From Vicinamibacteria bacterium (GTDB lineage: Bacteria > Acidobacteriota > Vicinamibacteria > Marinacidobacterales > Marinacidobacteraceae), in the NCBI GenBank assembly GCA_963668695.2, contig CAXXLQ010000004.1, positions 1,696,001-1,760,000 of the forward strand: a DNA stretch of 64,000 nt, read 5' to 3'. Made by a program: the position numbers and the translations under genes. Positions 38,302 to 47,815 of this stretch are shown here, piece after piece (positions within the stretch are counted from its first letter, which is position 1; each line of letters starts with the position of its first letter). A model generated the notes under the pieces. The model did not search any database and was not told the DNA's origin. It worked only from the letters and a program-made list of their open reading frames with translations.

Positions 38302-39723
38302 TTGCCTGACACATCCCTGAGCGAGCGTTCGCGACTCAAGCCGGTCCTCGCGCCGCTTCAGGTCGTGTCGCTGGCGCTCGGCTGTGTCATCGGCTTCGGC
38401 TGTTTCATCCTCGCCGGCGACTTCCTTGAGACGGCCGGACCGGTCGGCGCGGCGGCGGGCATTGTGCTCGGCGGGCTGGCGATGATCGTGATCGCCAGGA
38501 GCTACGGACTCATGGTCCGTACCTTTCCGGTGGCGGGGGCTGAGTTCGCTTATGCCTACCGGGCCGCCGGCCGGCACCATGCGGTGATCTGCGGCTGGTT
38601 TCTCACCCTCGGCTATCTGAGCATCGTTCCGCTCAACGCGACCGCGCTCGCCATCCTCGGCAAGTTCCTTGCGCCGGAGCTGTTCGCCCGGGGTTACCTC
38701 TACACGGTTGCCGGATTCGACGTGTTTGCCGGGGAGGTCGGCCTCGCGGCGTTCGCGGTGGTTCTCGTCGGGTTTCTTCACTCCCGGGGCGTGCAAGGCG
38801 TCGGGAGGACGCAGGTGGTCATGACCGGCCTCCTGGTTGCGGCGGTGGCGCTGGTGGGCATAGGCGCGCTCACCGGACCCGGCGCCAGCGTGGCCAACTG
38901 GGAGCCCTACTTCGCGCCCGGCCGGTCCGCCTGGACTGGCGTTTTGGCGATGCTCGCGATCTCGCCCTGGCTCTACGTCGGCTTCGACACTCTGCCGCAG
39001 GCCGCCGAGGAGTTCGCGTTCCCGGCCGGCAGGGCGTTTCGGCTGATGGCGGCGGCGATCCTGGCCGGCGCCGGGATGTATGTGGTGGTGGTGCTGGCGA
39101 CTGGGGTGGTCCTGCCCTGGCGCGAGCTGGTGGCCGGCGAGTCCGTCTGGGCGACCGGCGCCGCGGTGCGGGCGAGCCTGGGAACGGTGGGAGTGGCCAT
39201 CCTGAGCGTTGCCGTCGTCCTGGCGATCTTCACCGGAATCAACGGCTTCTTCATGGCGAGCAGCCGCCTCATGTTCAGCATGGGACGGGCGCGGTTACTG
39301 CCGGCCTGGTTCGGGAGCATCGACCGCGCCCGCGGCACGCCTCGAAACGCCCTGCTGTTCACCGGGGCGGTTTCGCTGCTCGCACCCTGGTTCGGCCGCG
39401 AGGTCATCGTTTGGGTGGTGGACATGGCCGCGGTCGGCACCGCCTGCGCCTACCTGTACACCTGCCTCGCGGCGTTCTCGCTGGCGCGCCGCCGACGGGC
39501 GCGGATGGAAGCGGTGCTCGGCGCCATCCTGTCCGCCGGGTTCTTGATCCTCCTGTGCGTTCCCGGGATGCCCGGCTTCATGGCATTGCCCTCCTGGATC
39601 GCCCTGGCCGGCTGGATCGCGCTCGGCGCGCTCTTCTACTTGGGACGCGCCCGGGAGTACGCGGCGATTCCCGACGCCGAGTTGGACACGCTGATCCTCG
39701 GAGCCTCGCGGGGTAGTCCGTAA
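38302..39723 (+). CDS. APC family amino acid permease
   Basis: LGCVIGFG, PVAGAEFAY, YVGFDTLPQAAEE, SSRLMFSMGR. Confidence 0.92.
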   Translation: MPDTSLSERSRLKPVLAPLQVVSLALGCVIGFGCFILAGDFLETAGPVGAAAGIVLGGLAMIVIARSYGLMVRTFPVAGAEFAYAYRAAGRHHAVICGWFLTLGYLSIVPLNATALAILGKFLAPELFARGYLYTVAGFDVFAGEVGLAAFAVVLVGFLHSRGVQGVGRTQVVMTGLLVAAVALVGIGALTGPGASVANWEPYFAPGRSAWTGVLAMLAISPWLYVGFDTLPQAAEEFAFPAGRAFRLMAAAILAGAGMYVVVVLATGVVLPWRELVAGESVWATGAAVRASLGTVGVAILSVAVVLAIFTGINGFFMASSRLMFSMGRARLLPAWFGSIDRARGTPRNALLFTGAVSLLAPWFGREVIVWVVDMAAVGTACAYLYTCLAAFSLARRRRARMEAVLGAILSAGFLILLCVPGMPGFMALPSWIALAGWIALGALFYLGRAREYAAIPDAELDTLILGASRGSP

Positions 39724-39735
39724 GGGCGTCGCGAG

Positions 39736-40355
39736 TCAGTTGGTCGTGTCGATCGCCTGGTAGACCAGTGCCCGGAACTTGGCGTGGTCGTCCAGGTTCC
39801 CGGCGGGGATCAGCTGCGCCAAGTACACGACGACCAGCTCCTCCTGCGGGTCCACCCAGTAGCTCGAGTGATAGGCCCCTCCCCATCCGTACTCGGCCGA
39901 GCCGAGCGCGCCGCGCGCACCCAGGTCGTCCACCACCCGGAAGCCGAGTCCGAATCCGACGCCCGGTTCCGCACCGAACAGGGCGCCGGTGTCGTTCACG
40001 TTCCTGACCAGCAGCCCGCCGACGTGATCCACGGTCATGAGCTCGACGCTCTTCGGTGAAAGGACGCGCGCGTCGCCGAGCTTGCCGCCGTTCAGCATCA
40101 TCTGGAGGAACCGCGCGTAGTCGGCGGCCGTCGACAGGATGCCGGCGCCCCCCGAGAAGCTCATCCGCGGTCCGTCGAGGTAGGCCCCCTGTCCGACCAT
40201 GCCGCCGGGATCCGGAGCGCGGGTGAGGCCGCCATCGCCAGCCGAATACACGACGGTGAGGCGATCGCCCTTTTCAGACGGGAGATAGAAGTGGGTGTCC
40301 GCCATCCCCAGCGGCTCGAAGATGCGGGTCCGGAGGAACTCGTCGAGCGGGACTC
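39736..40355 (-). pseudogene. 3' half of a diverged second copy of the serine hydrolase
   Basis: Aligns with 32113-32735; lacks SxxK and the N-terminus. Confidence 0.9.
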
Positions 40356-40714
40356 ACCTGCGCGGCTGGATGGACCTTCGCCCGGCCGACCGCGGCCCCC
40401 TCTGGGAGAACCTGGTGGTGGACGAACTACTGACCGCCATCCCGCAGAGCCGGATTCACTACTGGCGGGACGGGGCGGGACACGAGGTGGATTTCGCCAT
40501 CGTTGCGGGTCGGGACCGGGTGGCCGCGGTGGAGGCGAAGACCTCCCCGGACGGCTTCGATGCGAAAGCGCTCGCGAGATTTCGCCGGGCGTATCCCGAT
40601 GGTCCGAACGTGCTCTGCTGTCCGTTCGTGGACGAGCCCATCCCGCGGCGACTCGGAGGATTCGAGGTTACCGTGTGCGCCCCGTCGCAAGTGGCTGAAC
40701 TGATCCGGGCGTAG
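40354..40714 (+). pseudogene. 3' third of a diverged second copy of the AAA-DUF4143 gene
   Basis: Aligns with 35333-35693 (HLRGW...SQVAELIRA). Confidence 0.9.
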
Positions 40715-40870
40715 AAGGCGTCTGGCTCCCCGGTGGTGGGCTATGCCGGTGGGAACAGTGGTCCAGTTTGCCCCTGGGGCGTCGTCCGGGGAGCGATGGG
40801 TTTGCTGTCTGTGCCCGTGCCGCAGTCCGCCGCGGTGATCAGCAGAGGGCGAGAGGCCGGAGCATCCAAC

Positions 40871-42094
40871 TCATCCGCCCTGCGGGAAGACGCACCGCAG
40901 CAGGTCGATGTCGGCCCACAGCACCGCCTCGGCGTCCGGCGCCTGCGCGCCCCGCAGCGTGAGGGACATCGGGACACCCACGGTGGTGGTGTCGGGGTCG
41001 TAATCCTCGGTATGTATGTAGCCGAGAACATGGAAGATTTCGTGGTGGGTCACACCGTCGACGAAATGGTTGTACGGCGGCGGCGTGCGGTCGTCTTCGC
41101 ATCCTCGACACGGCCAGTACGTCAGAAAGGGCTGGAGGTAGCTGAAGGAGGATCCACAATTCGCTTGTGCGTCAGCCTCCGGCGACCCGTGGTTCACGTC
41201 GTCCATGTAGAAGCCGTGGATCTGTCCTCGGTCCCGCGGAAGCGGGCAGGTGCGCCGGAATCTTTGCTCGTCCTCGTTCCAACCCGGCCGCATCCCCTCG
41301 GGAACCGGGATCACGTCACCCATTTCCAGAATCCGGTATCCAAGCTGGTCCTCGATCTTGTCGGCCAGGAGTCCGACGGCATCGAGCAGTTCGACAAGGT
41401 CGGCTTCGTTTGCGACGTCCGGGAAGTTGCGGATCATGTCCACGCGGAACGGCGTCCCGTCCCACTCCCGGACGAAGCTCGAAAAGTTCAGCGCAAACTG
41501 GCGCTCGTTGGTGCATGCCCGCGGTTGCGGCGTCCCCATCACCCGATGGGTGTCCAGGGCCTCCCCGGGATTGACGGGATCGGGTGAGTCCCGTATCGGG
41601 GCGACGGCGTAGATTTCAACCTCGATCTCCACGTCCGCCTGGTTCCGGAACGCACCCTCGGAGAAGTCGAAGGCGTCGGCCGAGACGCTGATTCCGTCCC
41701 TGTCCGCGTCGTCGGGGGCGACTTCGTACTCGAACCGTTGATTGAAGGACGGCCGTTCCGGGGGCCAGTCGTCCTCGATCCAGGGCGAGAAGGTGGCGAG
41801 CCGGACGTGCTCGCCGATCTCGATGGCGAGCCGGGGCGAACCCGTCACGCTGACCGGCTCCGCGAACACTGCGATCAGCACGATCTTTTCGCCCGCGTGG
41901 TAGCCAGCCGGGGCCGAGGGCGCCGAAAATCCCCACACCAGCGCCTGAAGGGTCTGTGGCTCGGGCGGGGGCGCCGGCGCGGTTGGGGTTGGCGCCGGCG
42001 TGGGAGCGGGCACGACGGGTGTGCCGTCCGTGCCTCCGCCGCAGCCCGCCGCGACAATCAGGAGCGCGATGAGAGCCCAAGCTGTTCTGTACAC
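40871..42094 (-). CDS. Lipoprotein with metzincin-like zinc motif (paralogue A)
   Basis: Lipobox AAGC, Pro/Thr linker, HEIFHVLGYIH (HExxHxxGxxH), downstream PMS as a possible Met-turn. Confidence 0.8.
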   Translation of the reverse strand: MYRTAWALIALLIVAAGCGGGTDGTPVVPAPTPAPTPTAPAPPPEPQTLQALVWGFSAPSAPAGYHAGEKIVLIAVFAEPVSVTGSPRLAIEIGEHVRLATFSPWIEDDWPPERPSFNQRFEYEVAPDDADRDGISVSADAFDFSEGAFRNQADVEIEVEIYAVAPIRDSPDPVNPGEALDTHRVMGTPQPRACTNERQFALNFSSFVREWDGTPFRVDMIRNFPDVANEADLVELLDAVGLLADKIEDQLGYRILEMGDVIPVPEGMRPGWNEDEQRFRRTCPLPRDRGQIHGFYMDDVNHGSPEADAQANCGSSFSYLQPFLTYWPCRGCEDDRTPPPYNHFVDGVTHHEIFHVLGYIHTEDYDPDTTTVGVPMSLTLRGAQAPDAEAVLWADIDLLRCVFPQGG

Positions 42095-42368
42095 GGGAAC
42101 GGGCCAGTTCTATCACACTCCACAGATCGCACGAGGCAGGCAGAACGAACAACGCATCGATTTCATTGGGAGCGATTCCACGCAGATCGGGGAGGAGAGT
42201 CTCGACCCGCAGAACATCAGGAATGGATGCCTTGTAGCGGCATGAATGGCAACGCCACAGGACAGGGCCGGCGCTCCTTTGTGTGGCCGAGCAGCTTCGG
42301 GGCCTCCAGGAATTGCTCGTCCGGAATGACCGGGCGGAAGGGGTCGTTCCCGAGGAACGAGCCCTGCC

Positions 42369-44540
42369 TCACCTCGCCAGCGGATCGGGCCGTAGCTGGA
42401 ACTTGACGACTTTGCTGGGCGTGCCCTTGCCGCCTTCCATGTGGAAAGGCGCACGAGTGCTCACCGTCGCCCACAGGCCCCTCCCCTTCCAGCCCCCGTT
42501 CGGGTCGTCGATGCGGCCGTCCATCCACTTGGTGTAGAAGCCGAGCGGATAGGGCACCCGCATAACGATCCAGTCTCCGTCCACGAGGGCCAATAGCCCT
42601 TCGGATGCGTTGCCGGTGTTGATGGGCACGTTCTCGCCGAGCCCCAGGACGTTGAACTGATCGACCCACGTGTAGTAACTCGCCTCGGCGCTTCCGGGGG
42701 TGGTTACGCCCTGGATCTGTGGCAGTGGCTCTGGGTAGAAGGTCCAGCCCTCGGGGCAGTGCTGGCCCGTCGCCGTCGGACCGTTGAGCGGTCCCGTGCA
42801 TTTGCTCCGGTCGAAGCTGGCCAGGTGCCCACTGGCGAGCGCCGCCCACATCACCCCGTGCCGGTCGATGTCCCCGCCGCGCGGCGAAAACCCTTCGATG
42901 GGCGCGCCCGATGGGTCGAGCGGCAGCTCGTACAGCTCGGCGAGTGCCGTCGCCGGGGGGTTCGGGCCCGGATCCAGCCGGACAACTGCGCCCGGGTAGC
43001 CCAGTGACGTTGCCCATACCGCCCCGTCCGGGGCGGGCGCCACCGAGTAGAAGCCGGCCGCGATCCTCTTGTCCTTCGTGGGATCGACCGGCTGGTTGGG
43101 CTCGACGGTTTCGTCCCGCCTGCCGTTGCCGTTGGTATCGAGGACGAGCGCCGTCCAGCCCTGCGAGCTCTCCTCGTCGCCGGTCTCTTCGAACATCCGC
43201 GTGTTCAGCCAGCCCACGACCTGTCCGCCGCCGCTCGTCCAGAGCGTGTTGTCCTCGTCCTCTGCGAACATGAGGTGGTGCGTGCTGAAACAGGTGCTGA
43301 TGTGCGTGAGCTCTTCCGTCTCCGGGTCGTACATCGCCAGGTGGCGGCGGGCGCGAGCCGTCGGGAAGAGCCTTGCCGACGGGTGGTCCGACCCCTCGCG
43401 GCAGAAGTCCGGATTGTCCGGGGGGCGCACCGTGGACGTGAGCCAGAGCCGACCCCGATCGTCCAACATCGGGTTGTGGACGTTGTTCTTGCTCGTCCAG
43501 ATGGGCTCGTCACCCCAATAGGGCGACGGCTCGGGCATGCCCGGACCCGAGGCCGGCCGGGTGCTCGGATCGCGGACCGTCAGCGGGACTTGGCTCGCCG
43601 CGTGGCTCACCGGATCCAGCACTGGCACGTAGTCCGCGCTTGCCTCTAGCGCCCCGAAGATGGGTCCGTTGGCGTTGACCGTGGGATTGCGCCTATCGGT
43701 GGAAACCTCGTCGTGGAGGTACGCCTTCGGATCGGCCCAATCCCACAACGTGACGACCACGTTGCGCTCTACGCCCTCGGGCCGCGGAGGCTCCGGAGGC
43801 ACCTCGCCCGCCGCGATGCGGTCGGTCCAGTCCGCGAACATCTCCAGCATTGCCTGGCGGCCCATGCGGTCGAAGCCGGCGCTCATCCCCGCCCCGGCCT
43901 GGCCCGACTTGATCCGCCGGTCCCACGCGTCCACCGAGGACTCGAAGTCGCCCAGTGCCGCCGGGATCTTCCGGATGCCGAGGCTGCCGAGCTGATGGCA
44001 GGCCGTGCAATTGCCCGACTTCACGAGCCGGAGGAGCTGAGCCTGGTTCTCGATGTTCGGCGAGATCCCGTTTCCCTCATCACCGGACCCCGGAAACTCG
44101 TGCCCTTCCGGCATGTGGAGCAGCGACGTCCAGTAACCCGCCGGGTAATAGTCCGCCGCTGCCCGTGCGTCGGGCGCCGGCACCGCGGTCAGGTTCAGAG
44201 CTGCGCCGGGCGAGGCGCGAAGCTTGTCCGAATCGACCAGGCCGTAGCCTCGCACCCACACGTCGTAGCTCGCCTCGGGCAGGTCGGGGATCAGATACCG
44301 ACCCTGATCGTCGGTCACGACGATCCTGGCGAAGCGCGTCGGAAGGTCGGCCGTCTCCGCGATCACCCAGACGCCGGCCTCCGGTCCGCCCGCTCCGGTC
44401 ACGACACCCCCGATGTCGTCGGCGTCGACAGTGGGCGCCTCGGCAGCGGGTTCACACGCCGTGAGTGCGGAGGCCGCGACCGCACCCAACCACAAGTGGC
44501 CGGCGGCGCGGAAGATCTGCGATAACGTCCAATTCCTCAT
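42369..44540 (-). CDS. Lipoprotein with carboxypeptidase-regulatory-like domain, CxxCH heme motif and probable beta-propeller
   Basis: LTAC lipobox; GPEAGVWVIAET...YDVWVRGYGL; CTACH. Confidence 0.8.
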   Translation of the reverse strand: MRNWTLSQIFRAAGHLWLGAVAASALTACEPAAEAPTVDADDIGGVVTGAGGPEAGVWVIAETADLPTRFARIVVTDDQGRYLIPDLPEASYDVWVRGYGLVDSDKLRASPGAALNLTAVPAPDARAAADYYPAGYWTSLLHMPEGHEFPGSGDEGNGISPNIENQAQLLRLVKSGNCTACHQLGSLGIRKIPAALGDFESSVDAWDRRIKSGQAGAGMSAGFDRMGRQAMLEMFADWTDRIAAGEVPPEPPRPEGVERNVVVTLWDWADPKAYLHDEVSTDRRNPTVNANGPIFGALEASADYVPVLDPVSHAASQVPLTVRDPSTRPASGPGMPEPSPYWGDEPIWTSKNNVHNPMLDDRGRLWLTSTVRPPDNPDFCREGSDHPSARLFPTARARRHLAMYDPETEELTHISTCFSTHHLMFAEDEDNTLWTSGGGQVVGWLNTRMFEETGDEESSQGWTALVLDTNGNGRRDETVEPNQPVDPTKDKRIAAGFYSVAPAPDGAVWATSLGYPGAVVRLDPGPNPPATALAELYELPLDPSGAPIEGFSPRGGDIDRHGVMWAALASGHLASFDRSKCTGPLNGPTATGQHCPEGWTFYPEPLPQIQGVTTPGSAEASYYTWVDQFNVLGLGENVPINTGNASEGLLALVDGDWIVMRVPYPLGFYTKWMDGRIDDPNGGWKGRGLWATVSTRAPFHMEGGKGTPSKVVKFQLRPDPLAR

Positions 44541-44728
44541 GTCCTTCCTCCCGCTCAGGCGTTCCCGAGCCTTGGAACTCTGGTGTTCTGATTGATAGTG
44601 CGGAGCCTACCGCCTGCCCGCTGCCGAGCATTCGGCGCTGTGGCCGGGAGCGCCCGGATCACGCCGGCCCGCGGACTCCACACACCTGAAAGTTGCAGGT
44701 GGTCATCCGCGAGGAGGCGGTGAGGAAG

Positions 44729-45481
44729 ATGCCGTCAATGCCCGCCTGGTCGCGAAGACGGTTCCTCGAGAGCGGATCGGCGGCGGCTGCGATCGCCGCG
44801 GTCTGGGGCTGCACGCCGGACGAGCGGACGCGGGCGGACGGATCCAGGCCGCTGCTGGACGAGAGCCGGACCAGCCCGCCGCCGCCGCTCACCGGCCCTC
44901 GCCGCTCGCTGGCGGCGCCGGGCCCGATGATCCCGCCCTGCCCGGCGATCCTGCTCACCGTGAACGGCCGACCCGGCGACCCTGACGAGATCTCGGTGCT
45001 ATGGACGTTCGTCGTGAACGGCGACCCGCCCCAGATCGGGGTGAGCGCGGGCTTCGAGCATCAAGCGAGGGAACTCCTGGAGCTCCACGACGAGTTCGTG
45101 CTGAACGTCCCGCTTGCCTCGATGATCGAGGCGTTCGACACCGTCGATATGAACTCGGGAAGCGTTGCCGACAAGTTCGAGCTCTCAGGTCTGACACGAG
45201 GCGCGGCGACCGTGGTCGATGCGCCCACCGTGGAGGAGTCCCCGATCCATTGCGAGTGCCGCATCATCGAATCACTTGCGGTACCGCCCGTGCGAAAGCT
45301 CTTCATCGCGGAGGTCGTGGCGACAACCGCCATCGAGGGCGCAGTCGACGACGGCGGTCGCCTGATCGTGCCCAATGTGGACTTCTTCGGAATGACTGCC
45401 GGGAGTGGCGAGCACTACACGATGGGTCGCCGGGTCGGCAACATCGGGATGACGGTCGGGCGGAGCGACATCAAGTACTGA
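44729..45481 (+). CDS. Flavin reductase-like protein with Tat-like leader
   Basis: SRRRFLE; EFVLNVP, DKFELSGLT, APTVEESPIHCECRI, LFIAEVV. Confidence 0.85.
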   Translation: MPSMPAWSRRRFLESGSAAAAIAAVWGCTPDERTRADGSRPLLDESRTSPPPPLTGPRRSLAAPGPMIPPCPAILLTVNGRPGDPDEISVLWTFVVNGDPPQIGVSAGFEHQARELLELHDEFVLNVPLASMIEAFDTVDMNSGSVADKFELSGLTRGAATVVDAPTVEESPIHCECRIIESLAVPPVRKLFIAEVVATTAIEGAVDDGGRLIVPNVDFFGMTAGSGEHYTMGRRVGNIGMTVGRSDIKY

Positions 45482-45589
45482 CGGCCCACCCGGTCGGGGG
45501 CGCGACGGGCTTGCCGTTCGTACCGCCGCCGCCGCCGCCGCCCGCCGCGGCGATCAGCAGGGCGAGGATCGCCCGGCGCATCCGATTCA
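45471..45589 (-). pseudogene. N-terminal remnant of another zincin-lipoprotein paralogue
   Basis: VNRMRRAILALLIAAAGGGGGGGTNGKPVAPPT matches the leaders at 50035, 47794 and 42094; lipobox Cys lost. Confidence 0.7.
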
Positions 45590-45610
45590 CCGCCAGCTCC
45601 CGCTCGTCTG

Positions 45611-47794
45611 CTAGCGGCGCGGAAGCTCGGTCGTAAGCCGGCTTCGGCCGCCTGTGATGCGAGCCCAGTATTTGAGCATACCGTCGAGGAACAGCGCGTG
45701 GAATCTCAACTGGTCCTGATCGGGCGCCTGCCCCGGCTCCAGCAGGTAGACGAAGCCAATGTTGAACACCTTCTGCGACCGCTCGGGCGGCGGGTCTCGC
45801 GGCCCCAGCGCGGCCAAGACCTGTTCCATCGTTACGATTTCCTTCTCGGCCGTGTGGGGTCCGCGCCAACCATCCCCCGTCTCCTGGAGGTTCCGCAGGA
45901 AGAACGTGTCCGGCACTTCGTCTGCGGTCGCCAAGCCCGACAGGTAGAGATCGAGCCAGGAGAGTCCTTCTTCCGACTCCGTCTCGGACACGACGCGGGT
46001 GAACGTCCCGTCCGCGTTCTCGCGCCAGAAATCCCCGCCCATGATGGACCCGGTCCTGGCGAAAGCAGCGGGGGTGTGCAGCCCCGGAAGCCAGTGGCCT
46101 CCTTCCCCCCAAAGCGGCTCGATCTCTCCATCACGAACGTAGGACGCGCTAGCGGTCCAGGTGTGGGTGAACTCGTGGGCCAAATGCGATGTCCCCGCGG
46201 AACTGGGCGCAAGTCCGCCAGAGTCGTCCAGGACGGCCACGAAATCGGATTTCGTCCAGATAGTGAAATTCCACTGGCCGCGCAGCCGGGTTCCGCAGGG
46301 CGACTTCCTCTCGTCCAGGCGCTCGGGGAATCCGATTCCCCGGATGGGCACGTTCCCGGGGTAGTAGCCCCACCAGGAGCCGGAGAACTGAATGTCGTAG
46401 CGGAACTGGCTGTGGAGGAATATGGCATCGAACTCGTCCCCCAGAGTCTCGATGACGCGGCAGCCGAGGGGAACGAGGTAATCCTTTACCCCGGTGTGGT
46501 GGAACACCTCGCGCGCCGCCGCCGAGGACCCCGGCTCCGACAGGTCGGTTGGCGCAGACGCTATTACCTCAGGGAAGCTGATAACCGCCGAGTGTTCTCC
46601 ATATGGACCCCAAGATCCGGTTACCTGATTCCTTGACCGAGCGAAAGCGCGGACAGACGTGGAGTGACCTGAGAACTCACCTGGATCGAACAGCAGGCCG
46701 ATCCGGTTGTCATCGACATCGCGGTCGTACGCTGCTTCGGCGTCCCACGCGGCCGTTCGGCTGCCGTCCGGCTGCAGGGCGACTCCAGCGAAAAAATCCC
46801 AGTCGTCGATCGCCACGATGTAGAAGATCTCCTGATTTGGGATGGGACGGATGGGACCTCTTGTCGTGAACTCGACCAACACGCGATCGGGCTCGGCGGT
46901 CGCGTAGAGCGCGGTTTCCACAAGATCAAGGTGCGCGGGAACGGAGCCGTCCACAGAGTCGGGGATGCTCCCGAGCAGGCCGGTCTTTACAGCTCCCGGG
47001 AACAGGCCGACGATGCCGTCGCGGATCGCTTCGTCGGAATCGTCTGGCTCAGGCGCGTAGTGGAACGCGATGCCGCCGTCGGCGTGCAGGGTCATCTGGA
47101 ACCGGGTTTTCTCCTGCGGCGGGACTCCGTGGACGTGAAAGGCGGCGTCCGTGGTGATCCAGGTGACGACCACTCGATCGGGTCGGCGGGAGACGTGCTG
47201 CGTGTTGCCGAACTGCTCGGCGTCGTACGTGCCCCACCCGCCGAGCCGAGGCTTGTACAGCGCGGCAATGACCGGCGGCGCCCCCAGGTGTTCGGCGATC
47301 TCCGCCATCGTCCCCCACCTGTCGGGGCCAAGCTGCGAAAAGGGATACGGCTCACCGAACGTGACCAGTCCGTAGCGACTGACGAAGAAGGACTCCCACT
47401 CCCGGCCCGCGAAGTCGAACTGGAAGACGATCTCGGCGTTGTCATCGACCGGGTCGCCCAGGTCCTCGTCCCAGTCGAGCGCCCGCACCTCGCGCGAGTA
47501 GCCGCCGCCGGCCCGAGTGAACATCAGGGTGCGGCCGGCCAGGTCCAGCGGGTTCGCGGAGACGACGTCCTCAGACATCAACTCCATGAGGATCTGGTTC
47601 TCCGAAGTGACCGAGATCCCGCGGCCGACCGGAGTGATCTCGATGGGCGGATCCGGAGGCGGGGCCGGTTCAGGCGCCGGCGGTGGTGTGGGCGTCGGCG
47701 CGGTCGGGGGCGCCACGGGTGTGCCGTCCGGGCCCCCGCCGCAGCCGGCCCCGACGATGAGGAGGGCGGCGAGCGCCCAGACAGTTCGACTCAT
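45611..47794 (-). CDS. Large lipoprotein with HExxH zincin motif (paralogue B)
   Basis: GAGC lipobox, Pro linker, AHEFTHTW, SIMGG, LDLYLSGL. Confidence 0.82.
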   Translation of the reverse strand: MSRTVWALAALLIVGAGCGGGPDGTPVAPPTAPTPTPPPAPEPAPPPDPPIEITPVGRGISVTSENQILMELMSEDVVSANPLDLAGRTLMFTRAGGGYSREVRALDWDEDLGDPVDDNAEIVFQFDFAGREWESFFVSRYGLVTFGEPYPFSQLGPDRWGTMAEIAEHLGAPPVIAALYKPRLGGWGTYDAEQFGNTQHVSRRPDRVVVTWITTDAAFHVHGVPPQEKTRFQMTLHADGGIAFHYAPEPDDSDEAIRDGIVGLFPGAVKTGLLGSIPDSVDGSVPAHLDLVETALYATAEPDRVLVEFTTRGPIRPIPNQEIFYIVAIDDWDFFAGVALQPDGSRTAAWDAEAAYDRDVDDNRIGLLFDPGEFSGHSTSVRAFARSRNQVTGSWGPYGEHSAVISFPEVIASAPTDLSEPGSSAAAREVFHHTGVKDYLVPLGCRVIETLGDEFDAIFLHSQFRYDIQFSGSWWGYYPGNVPIRGIGFPERLDERKSPCGTRLRGQWNFTIWTKSDFVAVLDDSGGLAPSSAGTSHLAHEFTHTWTASASYVRDGEIEPLWGEGGHWLPGLHTPAAFARTGSIMGGDFWRENADGTFTRVVSETESEEGLSWLDLYLSGLATADEVPDTFFLRNLQETGDGWRGPHTAEKEIVTMEQVLAALGPRDPPPERSQKVFNIGFVYLLEPGQAPDQDQLRFHALFLDGMLKYWARITGGRSRLTTELPRR

Positions 47795-47815
47795 CGGCCC
47801 TTTCCCGCTCGACTT

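Noticed and set aside
42100-42112. GGGCCAGTTCT as another copy of the 19-bp module
   Set aside because: Only 11 bp match; it belongs to the upstream motif shared with ~50060.
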